This document shows positions 1-9,777 of a stretch of DNA of 64,000 nucleotides, piece by piece (the first letter of the stretch is position 1; each line of letters opens with the position of its first letter). A program made the translations under genes and the position numbers. The notes under the pieces are model-generated. The model saw only the letters and a program-made list of their open reading frames with translations, searched no databases and was not told the origin of the DNA. The DNA comes from an uncultured Acidimicrobiia bacterium (GTDB lineage Bacteria > Actinomycetota > Acidimicrobiia > Acidimicrobiales > AC-14). The stretch covers positions 250,536-314,535 of the forward strand of contig CAWIIV010000007.1 in assembly GCA_963836205.1 (NCBI GenBank), written 5' to 3'.

Positions 1-1036
1 AGAACTGGGCCACGAAGAAGGTGCCGATGACGGTGAGGACGCCTGCGGTGAGGAAGCCCCGGTTGATGGGGGCCATGGCCGACTTGTCGTTGTCGGTGGC
101 CCGCACCGCGTAGACGCCGACGATGGAGGCGAGCACGCCGAGGGCCCGGGCCACGATGGGGAAGATCACGCCCAGGGCCGGGTTGAGGCCGATGGACTCG
201 AAGGCGGCGAAGCCGAGGATGATGGAGGCGACCAGGGTGACCTCGTAGGACTCGAACAGGTCGGCGGCCATACCGGCGCAGTCACCGACGTTGTCGCCCA
301 CGTTGTCGGCGATGGTGGCCGCGTTGCGGGGGTCGTCCTCGGGGATGCCGACCTCGACCTTGCCCACCAGGTCGGCACCCACGTCGGCCGCCTTGGTGAA
401 GATGCCGCCGCCGACCCGCATGAACAGGGCCAGCAGCGACCCGCCGAAGCCGAAGCCGATGAGGATGGCGGAGGCCGTGTTCTGGAAGAGCATGATGATG
501 ACGGTGGCGCCCAGCAGGCCCAGGCCGACGGTGAACATGCCGGCCACGCCGCCGGTGCGGAAGGCCACCTTGAGGGCGGCGGGCAGGGAACCCTCTTTGG
601 CTGCGGCCGCGGTGCGCACGTTGCCCCGCACGGCCAGGCCCATCCCGATGAAGCCGGTGAGGCCGGACATGAAGCAGCCGGCGATGAAGGCGAGGGTGCG
701 GAACAGGCCCGATTCCCCGAAGGAGAGGGCGGTCGAGCCGTCCGGCTTGAGGATCTCGGTGGAGGTCAGGAAGACCAGGATCGCCAGCGGCACGATGATG
801 ATGGCGATGGTGCGGAACTGCCGCCGGAGGTAGGCCATGGCCCCCTCCTGGATGGCGAGGGCGATCTCCTTCATCTTCTCCGTGCCCTCGTCGGCGGCGA
901 GCACGCCCCGCATGAGGCGCCAGCCGACGAGGAGGGCGAGGATGGCGGTGGCGGCGGAGAACCACAGCCAGAACCACTCGGTGCTGCCCAGGGTGAAGTC
1001 CTGGAAGCCCCCCTCGGATGCGAGCACGATGTTCAT
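1..1036 (-). CDS. hppA: Membrane-bound H+/Na+-translocating pyrophosphatase (3' end outside window)
   Basis: Manual translation from ATG 1036 gives MNIVLASEGG...GGGIFTKAADVGADLVGKVEVGIPEDDPRNAATIADNVGDNVGDCAGMAADLFESY, the mPPase signature. AAGGAG RBS upstream. Not in the supplied ORF track. Confidence 0.95.
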   Translation of the reverse strand, partial: MNIVLASEGGFQDFTLGSTEWFWLWFSAATAILALLVGWRLMRGVLAADEGTEKMKEIALAIQEGAMAYLRRQFRTIAIIIVPLAILVFLTSTEILKPDGSTALSFGESGLFRTLAFIAGCFMSGLTGFIGMGLAVRGNVRTAAAAKEGSLPAALKVAFRTGGVAGMFTVGLGLLGATVIIMLFQNTASAILIGFGFGGSLLALFMRVGGGIFTKAADVGADLVGKVEVGIPEDDPRNAATIADNVGDNVGDCAGMAADLFESYEVTLVASIILGFAAFESIGLNPALGVIFPIVARALGVLASIVGVYAVRATDNDKSAMAPINRGFLTAGVLTVIGTFFVAQF

Positions 1037-1701
1037 GCCGACAGCTCCTTCCTGACAAAGATCTGGTGGGCGACCTTCTCGCCCAGGAGTCGGTCCTTCC
1101 CGTCGACCCGGACCACGATGGGGCCGTCGAAGGGATGGCGTTCACGCACTTCGAGACGCACGCCGGGCCGCAGCCCGAGGGTCTCCAGGAACTCGATGAC
1201 GTCCGGGTCGGTGGAGCCGGGGACGGCCATCACCGCGAATTCGCCGGGCTCGAGGTCGTACAACGGGGGCAGCGAGGGGATGTCGGCGGTCTCCGGCTCC
1301 GGGATCGGAAAGCCGTGGGGACACGACGACGGGCGGTCGAGGGCCACGAACAGCCGGTCCTCCACCTCTTGGGGCAGGTCGTGCTCGAACGAGGTGGCGA
1401 GGCGGTCGGCCTCGTTCCAGGCGTAGCCGAGCATGTCGGACAGGAAGCGCTCGACGATGCGGTGGCGGCGGATGGCCGCGACCGCCGCCGAGCGGCCGAG
1501 GGGGGTGAGCTCGACACCCTTGTAGAGCTTGTGGACGAGGAGTCCCCGCTCGGCCAGCCGCTTGACGGTGGCGGTGGCGGTGCCGGGGGCCACGCCCAGG
1601 GCCTCGGCCAAGGCGCCGGTGGACGCGTCGTGGCCTTCGTTCGACATCCGGTAGAGCGCTTTGAGCGCCTCGCGGTCGGGTTTCGAGTGGACGGGATCCA
1701 T
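1033..1701 (-). CDS. DtxR/MntR-family metal-dependent transcriptional regulator with C-terminal FeoA/SH3-like domain
   Basis: wHTH (LAEALGVAPGTATATVKRL), RRHRIVERFL...FEH and CPHGFPIP motifs, FeoA-like tail. Stop overlaps the hppA start (ATGA). Confidence 0.9.
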   Translation of the reverse strand: MDPVHSKPDREALKALYRMSNEGHDASTGALAEALGVAPGTATATVKRLAERGLLVHKLYKGVELTPLGRSAAVAAIRRHRIVERFLSDMLGYAWNEADRLATSFEHDLPQEVEDRLFVALDRPSSCPHGFPIPEPETADIPSLPPLYDLEPGEFAVMAVPGSTDPDVIEFLETLGLRPGVRLEVRERHPFDGPIVVRVDGKDRLLGEKVAHQIFVRKELSA

Positions 1702-1702
1702 G

Positions 1703-1733
1703 TTTCGGCGTGCGAAAACTAGGACGCGACCTA
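1703..1733. promoter_or_regulatory. Candidate autoregulatory operator of the DtxR-family gene
   Basis: Two adjacent dyads, TTTCG-N5-CGAAA (1703-1717) and TAGG-N6-CCTA (1720-1733), immediately upstream of the start codon. Confidence 0.35.
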
Positions 1734-1741
1734 CCCAAACG

Positions 1742-2136
1742 TCAAACTTCGCCTGGGTGCCAACCTTCGGGGGCGAGTTCGAACCCTTCGAACCGGAAGG
1801 CGGGGGAGACGGTGCACCCCACCAGGCTCCACCGACCGAGGGAGACCGCCGCCTGCCACTCTCCGGCGGCGACGACGTGCTGGGGATGGTCGGGTCGGAG
1901 GACGTGTCTGGTGGGGGGGTGAGGCCGTCGGCGGGGGCGGTGGAGAGCTCGAGCGGGTCGCCGTCGTAGAAGTGCCAGATCTCGGTGGCATCGACCCGGT
2001 GCCAATGCGACCGCTCGCCCGCCTGGAGGAGGTAGTAGATGGCGGTGACCGCCGCCTCCCGCCACGTCTCCCGGTACCACCCTCCCTCGGGATGGGGAGC
2101 GAGGTCGAGTGCCCGGATGACGTCGTCGGCGTCCAA
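1742..2136 (-). CDS. Cupin (DUF985/Cupin_5-like), frameshifted at G-run near 1913-1919
   Basis: LDLAPHPEGGWYRET...SHWHRVDATEIWHFY in one frame, PQHVVAAGEWQAA...LVGCTVSPAFRFEGFELA in another. Break lies in a G7 homopolymer. Confidence 0.85.
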
Positions 2137-2144
2137 CCGATCGG

Positions 2145-2645
2145 TCAGGCCGGGTCTTGGTAGGGGATCTGGTCGCCGAAAACGAGGTCGATCCGCCGCC
2201 GCTTGAGCGCCTGCTCGTCGTGGCACAGGGCCTCGATGGCGGCGACGGTCTCCTCGCTCACTCCGAGTCGCTCGGTGACCCGCCGCACCTGGGCCCGTTC
2301 GTCGTCGTTGTAGGCCCCGTCGGCGCCCGAGGCCCGGACGGCATCGAACACGGCCACCCGGCCCCACGTCTCCGCTACCGGCATGTTGCGCTCGATGATG
2401 TCCATCACGTCCTCGTCGGCCGCGTAGGCCTCCAGGGCGTCGACGGTGGACTGGTGGGCGCCGCATGCGGCCCCGTAGCCGATCACCCAGTCCTCCTCCG
2501 CCTGGGTCAGCTCGCCGTCACCGCCGCCCCGGGCGCAGACCATGATCATCTTCAGGTAGTCGAGGCGCTCGTCCTCGGGCACGCCGCTCGGGAAGTCCCA
2601 CATCTCCCGCAGCAGCCAGAGCCCACCCGTCTCGTGCGTGTCCAT
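2145..2645 (-). CDS. Hypothetical protein, TerB-like helical fold
   Basis: 166 aa ORF with paired DGELTQAE / ADGAYNDDE motifs, as seen in TerB-like proteins. Confidence 0.6.
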   Translation of the reverse strand: MDTHETGGLWLLREMWDFPSGVPEDERLDYLKMIMVCARGGGDGELTQAEEDWVIGYGAACGAHQSTVDALEAYAADEDVMDIIERNMPVAETWGRVAVFDAVRASGADGAYNDDERAQVRRVTERLGVSEETVAAIEALCHDEQALKRRRIDLVFGDQIPYQDPA

Positions 2646-2679
2646 GTGCCGCCTCCGTTCGCCCGGATGACGGGGAATC

Positions 2680-2943
2680 CTAGGCGGGCAGGATCTCGTA
2701 GAGCGGGTTGAGGATGGCCAGGCGGTCGTGGTAGCTGCCGGCCATGCCCTCCACCGCCAGCAGGGTGCCGGGGTGGATGCCGGCCACCTTGCGCCGGCCG
2801 AGGAAGACCACCCCGATGCCGCCGGTGGCGTCGACCAGGGTGCACTCGAGCGTGGGGACGCCGGCCCGGGGCTGCACCCGCACCGATCGCACCCGACCCG
2901 CGACCCGCACCCGGGTCCGCCATTGCACGTCCCCGATCGTCAT
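2680..2943 (-). CDS. Small OB-fold protein (RecG-wedge/Rv2694c-like)
   Basis: MTIGDVQWRTRVRVAGRVRSV...LVDATGGIGVVFLGRRKVAGI...LNPLYEIL. ATGA overlap with the permease stop. Confidence 0.85.
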   Translation of the reverse strand: MTIGDVQWRTRVRVAGRVRSVRVQPRAGVPTLECTLVDATGGIGVVFLGRRKVAGIHPGTLLAVEGMAGSYHDRLAILNPLYEILPA

Positions 2944-4889
2944 TGGCCCAGGTGGTAGGGGACGAAGGTCACGTTGGCGTGGGGCAGCCCGGCCAGGGCG
3001 CGGGCCAGTCGGTCGGCCGTGCGATCGTGCAACAGGCGGTGCCACAGCCGGCGGTAGCAGCGGCGGGGCAGCAACACGCTGACCTCGGTGTCGCCGCCGG
3101 CCAGGAGCTCGCTCACCACCTCCACCAGCGCCTGCGTCAATCGCCGGTCGGGGCAGTCGACCAACTCCAGGGTGAGCCGGGACAGTCCGAGCCGGGCCCA
3201 CTCGTCGGCCAAGCCCTCGGCCACCACCAGGTCGGAGGCGAGGTGGACCGCCCGCAGCTCGTCCGGAGCCAGGGTGCGGGCGTACTGGATGGCCCGGGCC
3301 GTGCTCCGGTCGAGGCGCTCGACGAGGACGAGGACCACGTGGCGGCGCAGGATCGGCGCGGTGGCGGCGAGCCGGGCGTCGTGCTCCAGCTCGGTGGCCT
3401 CCAGCTCGTACTGGCGGTGGAGGCGCATGACCAGCAGGACGCTCACCGGCACCAGGACCACGATCAACCAGGCCCCGTGGGTGAACTTGGTGATCGTGAT
3501 GACCAGCAGGACCACGGCCGACAGGAGCGCGCCGATGCCGTTGATGGCCAGCCCGGCGCGCCAACCATCCTCCCGGAGGCGCAGGTGGTGCCGCGTCATT
3601 CCCGCCTGCGACAGGGTGAACGAGGTGAACACGCCCACCGCGTACAGGGGGATGAGGTGGTCGACCTTGGCCCCGGTGACCACGACCAGGGCGATCGACG
3701 CCGCCGTCAGCCACAGGATGCCGGTGGAGAACACCAGCCGGTGGCCCCGGTGGACCAGCCGCCGGGGAAGGAAGCCGTCCTCCGCCTGGAACGAGGCCAG
3801 CCGGGGAAAGTCGGCGAAGGAGGTGTTGGCGGCCAGGACGAGGATGAGCAACGTCCCCGCCTGGAGGGTGAAGAAGAGCACGTGGCCGGTGGCGCCGCCG
3901 CCGTAGACGAGCTTGCCCACCTGCGAGATCACCGTCGGCGATCCCTCCGCGAAGGGGACCACGTGCATCTTCGCGGCCAGCACCGACAGGCCGAGGAACA
4001 TCACCCCGAGGGCGGCCCCCATCACCACCAGGGTGGAGCGGGCGTTCTTCCACTCCGGCGCCCGGAAGGCGGGCACCCCGTTGGAGATGGCCTCCACCCC
4101 GGTGACCGCGGCCCCGCCCGAGGCAAAGGCGTGGAGGAGCACGAACAGACCCGCCCCCAGGAACAGGGTGGGGTCGTTGGTCCCCAGCTGCACCAGCCCC
4201 TCGTGGTCGAGCGCCGCCGTGGGCAGCCCGCCGACCACCATCCGCACCAGCCCCACGCCGAGCAGCAGGAGCATGTTGACGATGAAGAAGTAGGTGGGAA
4301 GGGCGAAGAGCTTCCCCGACTCCCGAACGCCCCGCAGGTTGCCGTAGGCCACGATCAGGATGAAGCCGATCGAGATCGGGACCGCCGCCGGGACCAGGGC
4401 GGGCACCGCAGACGTGAGCGCGGCCGTCCCTGCGGACACCGACACCGCCACCGTGAGCACGTAGTCGGCCATCAGGGACACGCCGGCGACCTGGGCGGGG
4501 ACGATCCCGAAGTTGTCGCGGGTGACCACGTAGGCGCCGCCCGCCGTCGGGTAGGCCTTGATCGTCTGCCGGTAGGACAGGATCAGGAAGGCGAGCACCA
4601 CCAGCATGGCCACGGTGAGGGGCACGACGAGGGCGAAGGCGGCCAGGCCCACCGCCGGCACCAGGACCCGCAGGATCTCCTCGGTGGCGTAGGCCGACGA
4701 CGACAGGTTGTCGGACGCGAACACGGCCAGGGCGGTGGGCCGGCCCAGGCGCTCGTGGACCAGTTGCTCGTTGCTGAGGGGCGGGCCGAGGAAGCGGTCC
4801 TTGGCCCGCTCGACCATCCCCCCCGGCGGGGGCGGCGGGGCCGGGGGGAGGGGCCGGGGGGTGGCGGTGAGCGTCATCGGGCTCATCAT
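2940..4889 (-). CDS. APC-superfamily permease, KimA-like K+ transporter (copy 1)
   Basis: [34 protein letters not shown] and AANTSFADFPRL motifs, many TM helices, soluble C-terminal domain ending VPYHL. Confidence 0.9.
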   Translation of the reverse strand: MMSPMTLTATPRPLPPAPPPPPGGMVERAKDRFLGPPLSNEQLVHERLGRPTALAVFASDNLSSSAYATEEILRVLVPAVGLAAFALVVPLTVAMLVVLAFLILSYRQTIKAYPTAGGAYVVTRDNFGIVPAQVAGVSLMADYVLTVAVSVSAGTAALTSAVPALVPAAVPISIGFILIVAYGNLRGVRESGKLFALPTYFFIVNMLLLLGVGLVRMVVGGLPTAALDHEGLVQLGTNDPTLFLGAGLFVLLHAFASGGAAVTGVEAISNGVPAFRAPEWKNARSTLVVMGAALGVMFLGLSVLAAKMHVVPFAEGSPTVISQVGKLVYGGGATGHVLFFTLQAGTLLILVLAANTSFADFPRLASFQAEDGFLPRRLVHRGHRLVFSTGILWLTAASIALVVVTGAKVDHLIPLYAVGVFTSFTLSQAGMTRHHLRLREDGWRAGLAINGIGALLSAVVLLVITITKFTHGAWLIVVLVPVSVLLVMRLHRQYELEATELEHDARLAATAPILRRHVVLVLVERLDRSTARAIQYARTLAPDELRAVHLASDLVVAEGLADEWARLGLSRLTLELVDCPDRRLTQALVEVVSELLAGGDTEVSVLLPRRCYRRLWHRLLHDRTADRLARALAGLPHANVTFVPYHLGQ

Positions 4890-4902
4890 CGGCCCCGAGC
4901 CG

Positions 4903-4950
4903 TCAAGGACTCCTCAAGGCGGCCGGTCGAGTCGTCAAGAACGCGCAAAG
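4903..4950. promoter_or_regulatory. Candidate KdpE (OmpR-type) direct-repeat binding sites
   Basis: TCAAG at 4903 and 4914, TCAAG at 4935 and CAAAG at 4946: two pairs with 11-bp period in the 72-bp divergent intergenic region. Confidence 0.55.
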
Positions 4951-4961
4951 ATCGTCCCCCG

Positions 4962-6119
4962 ATGACCCGCTTCCGCCTGCCCCGGCACGCCCCCGGGTTG
5001 GGGGCCGCTGTCGGCGTCGGTGGGGCGGTGGCGGTGCTCACCGTGCTGGTGCCGTTCCGATCACGGATCAGCGCCACGTCACCCGCCCTCCTCCTCGTCC
5101 TGGCGGTGGTGGCGGCGGGCGTGGTGGGCGGGGCCCGGGCCGCCGCCGGCACCGCGGTGGTGGCCGCCGCCGGCTTCAACCTCACGTTCATCCGCCCCTA
5201 CGGCAAGCTCAAGGTCGACGCCTGGGAGGACTGGGTGGTGCTGGGGGTCTTCCTGGCGGTGGCCCTGGTGGTGGGGGTGCTGGTGGCGGCCGAGGCCGAC
5301 CGCCGGCGGGCGGCCGAGACCCGGGAGGGCGAGCTGCGGGTCCTGTATGAGCGGCTCCAGGCGGCCGACGAGGAGCGGGCCCGGCTGAGCGACGAGGTGG
5401 CCCGCATGGAGGTGCTCAAGCGGGTGGACGAGCAGCGCTCCGCCCTCCTGCGTTCGGTGTCCCACGACCTGCGCAGCCCCTTGGCCACCATCCGGGCGGT
5501 GGCCACCGACCTGCGGGACGGGGTGGTCTACGAGGAGCCGACCCGGACCGAGCTGCTGGCGACGGTGTGCGACGAGTCCGAGCGCCTCGACCGCATCGTC
5601 TCCAACCTGTTGTCGTTGAGCCGGATCGAGGCCGGCGCGTTCGCACCCGACCGCCAGGCCGTCCCCATCGACGAGCTCGTCGCCGACCGGGTCCGCCGCC
5701 TGAGCGGGCTGTTCCGCCAGGTGCGGGTGCAGGTCGAGCTGCCGGCCGACCTTCCACTGGTCGACGGCGACTACACCCAGCTGGAGCTGGTGGTCACCAA
5801 CCTGCTGGAGAACGCCGGCCGCCACGCCCCGTCCGGCTCCATCGTCCGCATCGGCGGACGCCGGCTCCCGGCGACCGACCAGGTCGAGGTCTGGGTGGCC
5901 GACGAGGGCATCGGCGTCGCCGACTGGGAGCGGCAGCGGGTGTTCGAGCCCTTCCGGCGGGGCGAGGGCAGCCGGTCGAGCGGTGTCGGGCTGGCCATCT
6001 GCAAGGCGGTGGTCGAGGCCCACGGCGGCACCATCCGGGTCGAGCGCACCCCGGGCGGCGGGGCCACCTTCGCCTTCACCGTCGGCGTCCGACCGGAGGG
6101 CTCGCGGGCGAGGCCATGA
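4962..6119 (+). CDS. kdpD: KdpD-like sensor histidine kinase, short form (DUF4118-type TM region, HisKA, HATPase)
   Basis: Four TM segments with [10 protein letters not shown]-box [11 protein letters not shown]-box NLLENA, DEGIG and GVGLAICK. No N-terminal KdpD/Usp domain. Confidence 0.85.
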   Translation: MTRFRLPRHAPGLGAAVGVGGAVAVLTVLVPFRSRISATSPALLLVLAVVAAGVVGGARAAAGTAVVAAAGFNLTFIRPYGKLKVDAWEDWVVLGVFLAVALVVGVLVAAEADRRRAAETREGELRVLYERLQAADEERARLSDEVARMEVLKRVDEQRSALLRSVSHDLRSPLATIRAVATDLRDGVVYEEPTRTELLATVCDESERLDRIVSNLLSLSRIEAGAFAPDRQAVPIDELVADRVRRLSGLFRQVRVQVELPADLPLVDGDYTQLELVVTNLLENAGRHAPSGSIVRIGGRRLPATDQVEVWVADEGIGVADWERQRVFEPFRRGEGSRSSGVGLAICKAVVEAHGGTIRVERTPGGGATFAFTVGVRPEGSRARP

Positions 6120-7024
6120 ACCCCTCCGATCCACCGGCGATCCTGGTCGTCGACGACGAGCCGGCGATGTTGCGGGCGTTGCGGGCGGGGCTGGGGGCGA
6201 GGGGGTACCGGGTGCTGGCCGCGATCACCGGGCAGCAGGCCATCGACGTGGTGGCGGTGGATCGGCCCGCCCTGGTGGTCCTCGACCTCAACCTGCCCGA
6301 CATCGACGGCGTCGAGGTGTGCCGCCGCATCCGGGGGTGGACCGACGTCCCGATCGTGGTGCTGTCGGCCGAGGGGTCCGAGTCCCGCAAGGTGCTGGCC
6401 CTCGACGAGGGGGCCGACGACTACGTCACCAAGCCCTTCTCCATGCCCGAGCTCCTGGCCCGGATCCGAGTCGCCCTCCGCCACCGCCCGTCCCACGCGG
6501 CCGGGGCCGGCCCCGACCAGGCGGTGCTGGAGGTGGGCGACGTGCGGGTCGACCTGGCCCGCCACCGGGTGGCAGTGGGGGGCCGTCCGGTGGAGCTGAC
6601 CCCCAAGGAGTTCGGGTTCCTGGCCCTGCTGGCCCGATGGCCGGGACGGGTGCTCACCCACCGGGCCATCCTGCGGGAGGTGTGGGGCCCCGACTACGGC
6701 ACCGAGACCCAGTACCTGCGGGTCTACGCCAGCCAGCTGCGCAAGAAGCTCGACGACGACCCCGAGCGTCCCCGCCTGATCACGGAGCCGGGGGTGGGGT
6801 ATCGCCTGGTGGCCCCGACGGGGGCCCCGGATCCGACGGGGGAGCCGGATCCGACGGGGTCGACGGATCGCGCGGGGTCGACGAATCCGACGGGGTCGCC
6901 GAATCCGACGGGGGAGCCGGATCCGACGGGGTCGCCGGGTCCGACGGGGTCGCCGGGTCCGACGGGGTCGACGGGGGCGACGAGTCCGACGGGGTCGACG
7001 GATCGGGCGGGGTCGACCGGGTAG
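6116..7024 (+). CDS. kdpE: KdpE-like OmpR-family response regulator with repeat-encoded tail
   Basis: [57 protein letters not shown] overlap with the kinase. Confidence 0.9.
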   Translation: MNPSDPPAILVVDDEPAMLRALRAGLGARGYRVLAAITGQQAIDVVAVDRPALVVLDLNLPDIDGVEVCRRIRGWTDVPIVVLSAEGSESRKVLALDEGADDYVTKPFSMPELLARIRVALRHRPSHAAGAGPDQAVLEVGDVRVDLARHRVAVGGRPVELTPKEFGFLALLARWPGRVLTHRAILREVWGPDYGTETQYLRVYASQLRKKLDDDPERPRLITEPGVGYRLVAPTGAPDPTGEPDPTGSTDRAGSTNPTGSPNPTGEPDPTGSPGPTGSPGPTGSTGATSPTGSTDRAGSTG

Positions 7025-9032
7025 GCGCGGGGGACTCCCGCGCCGGAGGGGTCTCGGCGGGAGCGAGCCCGGCCGGGTCCGACGGGGGGGCACCCGCCGC
7101 AACCGGCGGCGTCACCTGGGTCGCCGACGGCCGAGGCACCGCCCGCCGCGGGGGTGGGGCAGGCGGATTCTGGTGGTCGATGTGATACGGCACCGACGTC
7201 ACCACCGTGCCCGTCCGGAACAGGAGCTTGCCCTTGAGGAACAGGGCGCTCTGGTTGTGGAGGATGTTCTCCCACCACTTCCCGACCACGAACTCGGGGA
7301 TCACCACGGTGACGGTGTCGTCGCCCCAGCGGGCGTCGACCTCGTCGATGTACTCCACCACCGGCGCCACCAGCTCCCGGTAGCGGGAGTACTTGATCTC
7401 GAGCGGAACCTCGATGTTGTACTCCCGCCACTGGCGCTCCATCTCCTCCCGGTCGTCCTCCTCGTAGGTGACGTAGAGGGCGACCAGGTGCTGGGGGCGC
7501 AGGGAGCGGGCGTAGGCCAGGGCCTTGAGCACGCCCACGTGAATGCGGCCCACCAGCACGATCACGGTGTGGTTGATGGGCTGGGGCCGGACCATGCTCG
7601 GGTCGAAGACGAGGGCTGTCGACACCCGGACGTAGTGCCGCTTGATGGCGCTGAACAGGAGGATGATCATCGGGATCACGACCACGGGCAGCCACGCCCC
7701 CTTGGTGAACTTGGTCACGGCCACGATGAGCAGGACGATGCCGGTGGCGGTGGCGCCCAGGGCGTTGATGGTGATGCCCTTGCGCCAGCCGGGTTCCTTC
7801 AGGTTGAGGTGGCGCTTCACCATGCCCGTCTGGCTGAGGGTGAACGAGGTGAACACGCCCACCGCGTAGAGGGGGATGAGGGCGGTGGTGATGCCGCCGA
7901 AGGCGATCAGCAGGGCGCCGGCGGCGACGGCCAGGAACACCACGCCGTTGGAGAACACCAGCCGGTCGCCCTGGTTCATGAACTGCCGGGGCAGGAACCC
8001 GTCGCGGGCGATGATCGACGACAGCCGGGGGAAGTCGGCGTAGGCGGTGTTGGCGGCCAGGGTGAGGACGGCCGCGGTGGCGAACTGCAGGATCACGTAC
8101 AGCGGACCCCCGCCGTAGACGGCCTGGCCCATCTGGGAGATGACGGTCTCGTTGTGGCTGGGGTAGGGCCCGACGTGATGGGCCAGCACCGACACGCCCA
8201 CGAACAGGGTGGCCAGGATGCAGCCCATGATCGTGAGGGTGGCGGCCGCGTTCTTGGCCTCCGGCTTCTTGAATGCGGGCACGCCGTCGGCGATGGCCTC
8301 GATACCGGTCAGGGCCACTGCGCCCGAGGAGAAGCCCCGGAGCAGGAGGAACAGGCTCATGCTGCCGCCGGCCAACATCCCGTGGAAGTCCTCGGGCGAG
8401 GGCGGGGGCACCTTGGACACGTCGCCCAGGAGGTACTCCCGCCCCAGCCCGTAGGCGATGAGCAGGGAGAGGCTGGCGATGTAGGTGTAGGTGGGGAAGG
8501 CGAAGACGAAGCCCGACTCCTTGAGCCCCCGCAGGTTGGCCACTGTGATGATCAGGATCAGGACCAGGCCGACGGCCACCCGGTGCTCGGCCAGCCCCCG
8601 GAGGGCGGGCAGGGAGACGATGGCGCCCACCCCGGCCGAGATCGACACCGCCACCGTGAGGATGTAGTCGACCAGCAGCGACGCCCCCGCCACCAGCGAC
8701 GGGTAGGTGCCGAGGTTGTCGCGGCTGACCAGATACGAACCACCGCCGTTGGGATAGGCGAAGATCGTCTGCCGGTACGACGCCACCACGATGGCGATGA
8801 GGAACGCCACCACGATCGAGATCGGCACCAGCCTGCCGAGGCCCAGGGCCAGGCTGGAGCCCGTGCCCGCGGCCGCGATGACGAAGAGGATCTCCTCGGT
8901 GGCGTAGGCGGTGGACGAGATGGCGTCGGCCGAGAAGGTGGCCAGGGCAACCGGTTTCGACAGCCGCTGGTGCTCGCCCTCGGTGGTGGCGATGGGTCGT
9001 CCCACGAGAAGCCGCTTGATGGCCGCGTACAC
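6780..9032 (-). CDS. APC-superfamily permease, KimA-like K+ transporter (copy 2) with low-complexity tail
   Basis: [42 protein letters not shown] and [12 protein letters not shown]...VPYH motifs. Divergent from the trkA pair. Confidence 0.9.
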   Translation of the reverse strand: MYAAIKRLLVGRPIATTEGEHQRLSKPVALATFSADAISSTAYATEEILFVIAAAGTGSSLALGLGRLVPISIVVAFLIAIVVASYRQTIFAYPNGGGSYLVSRDNLGTYPSLVAGASLLVDYILTVAVSISAGVGAIVSLPALRGLAEHRVAVGLVLILIITVANLRGLKESGFVFAFPTYTYIASLSLLIAYGLGREYLLGDVSKVPPPSPEDFHGMLAGGSMSLFLLLRGFSSGAVALTGIEAIADGVPAFKKPEAKNAAATLTIMGCILATLFVGVSVLAHHVGPYPSHNETVISQMGQAVYGGGPLYVILQFATAAVLTLAANTAYADFPRLSSIIARDGFLPRQFMNQGDRLVFSNGVVFLAVAAGALLIAFGGITTALIPLYAVGVFTSFTLSQTGMVKRHLNLKEPGWRKGITINALGATATGIVLLIVAVTKFTKGAWLPVVVIPMIILLFSAIKRHYVRVSTALVFDPSMVRPQPINHTVIVLVGRIHVGVLKALAYARSLRPQHLVALYVTYEEDDREEMERQWREYNIEVPLEIKYSRYRELVAPVVEYIDEVDARWGDDTVTVVIPEFVVGKWWENILHNQSALFLKGKLLFRTGTVVTSVPYHIDHQNPPAPPPRRAVPRPSATQVTPPVAAGAPPSDPAGLAPAETPPARESPAPTRSTPPDPSTPSDSSPPSTPSDPATPSDPATPSDPAPPSDSATPSDSSTPRDPSTPSDPAPPSDPGPPSGPPGDTPPPAP
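6815..7021. repeat. 18-bp minisatellite (about 11 units, consensus ccgacggggtcgccggat)
   Basis: Units start at 6815, 6833, 6851, 6869, 6887, 6905, 6923, 6941, 6959, then a 9-bp half unit, 6986 and 7004. No unique spacers. Confidence 0.9.
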
Positions 9033-9117
9033 GGGGGGTCACGGTACCTGTCCCCGCCCACCCGGACCCCTTCGCCACGAGTTGTGTTAAGTCCCGCAAG
9101 GCTGTTGCATTGGCCCC

Positions 9118-9777
9118 GTGCACGTCATCGTCGTGGGCTGTGGGCGGGTGGGCTCGGAGCTCGCCGTGTCGTTGGAGAACGCGGGGCACACGGTGGCGGT
9201 GATCGACAAGGACCGCGACTCGTTTCGCAACCTGCCCGACTCCTTCAGCGGACGGGCTGTCCTCGGTTTCGGGTTCGACCGGGAGCACCTCGAGCAGGCG
9301 GGCATCGAGGAGGCCGGCGCCCTGGCCGCCGTCACCAGCGGCGACAACTCCAACATCCTCACCGCCCGCATCGCCCGGGAGACCTACGAGATCCCCAACG
9401 TGGTGGCCCGCATCTACGACCCCCGGCGGGCGGTGATCTACCAGCGCCTGGGCATCCAGACGGTGGCCACCGTGGCCTGGACCACCGATCAGGTGCTGCG
9501 CCGGCTGTTCCCCGAGCAGTCGGTCAGCGAGTGGACCGACGCCACCGGCAGCGTCCGCCTCATCGAGCGGGCCCTTCCCCCGTCGTGGGCCGGCCACAAG
9601 CTGACCGGGATCGAGGATCGCGACCGGGTGCGGGTGGTGGCCCTCACCCGTTCCGGGGAGGCCCGGCTGTGCGGGCCCGATCTGTTGGGCCAGGAAGGCG
9701 ACCTGTTGCACCTGGCCGTCCGGTCCGACGCGGTCGAGGAACTGGAAGCCAGGCTGTCGAGGAAGGCGGGCACATGA
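9118..9777 (+). CDS. trkA: TrkA-family RCK K+ uptake regulatory protein (CeoB-like)
   Basis: VIVVGCGRVG Rossmann motif, AVTSGDNSNI, VVARIYDPRRA. Confidence 0.92.
   Translation: MHVIVVGCGRVGSELAVSLENAGHTVAVIDKDRDSFRNLPDSFSGRAVLGFGFDREHLEQAGIEEAGALAAVTSGDNSNILTARIARETYEIPNVVARIYDPRRAVIYQRLGIQTVATVAWTTDQVLRRLFPEQSVSEWTDATGSVRLIERALPPSWAGHKLTGIEDRDRVRVVALTRSGEARLCGPDLLGQEGDLLHLAVRSDAVEELEARLSRKAGT

Noticed and set aside
1033-2466. Cupin-DtxR fusion protein (477-aa ORF)
   Set aside because: Produced by the frameshift in the cupin G-run. The cupin C-terminus and stop lie in another frame ending at 1742.
6815-7021. Possible CRISPR array
   Set aside because: Units are contiguous 18-mers without unique spacers and no cas genes are present; it is a minisatellite.
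9033-9117. Second KdpE site between permease 2 and trkA
   Set aside because: TTAAG and GCAAG are 9 bp apart, which does not match the 11-bp period at 4903-4950.
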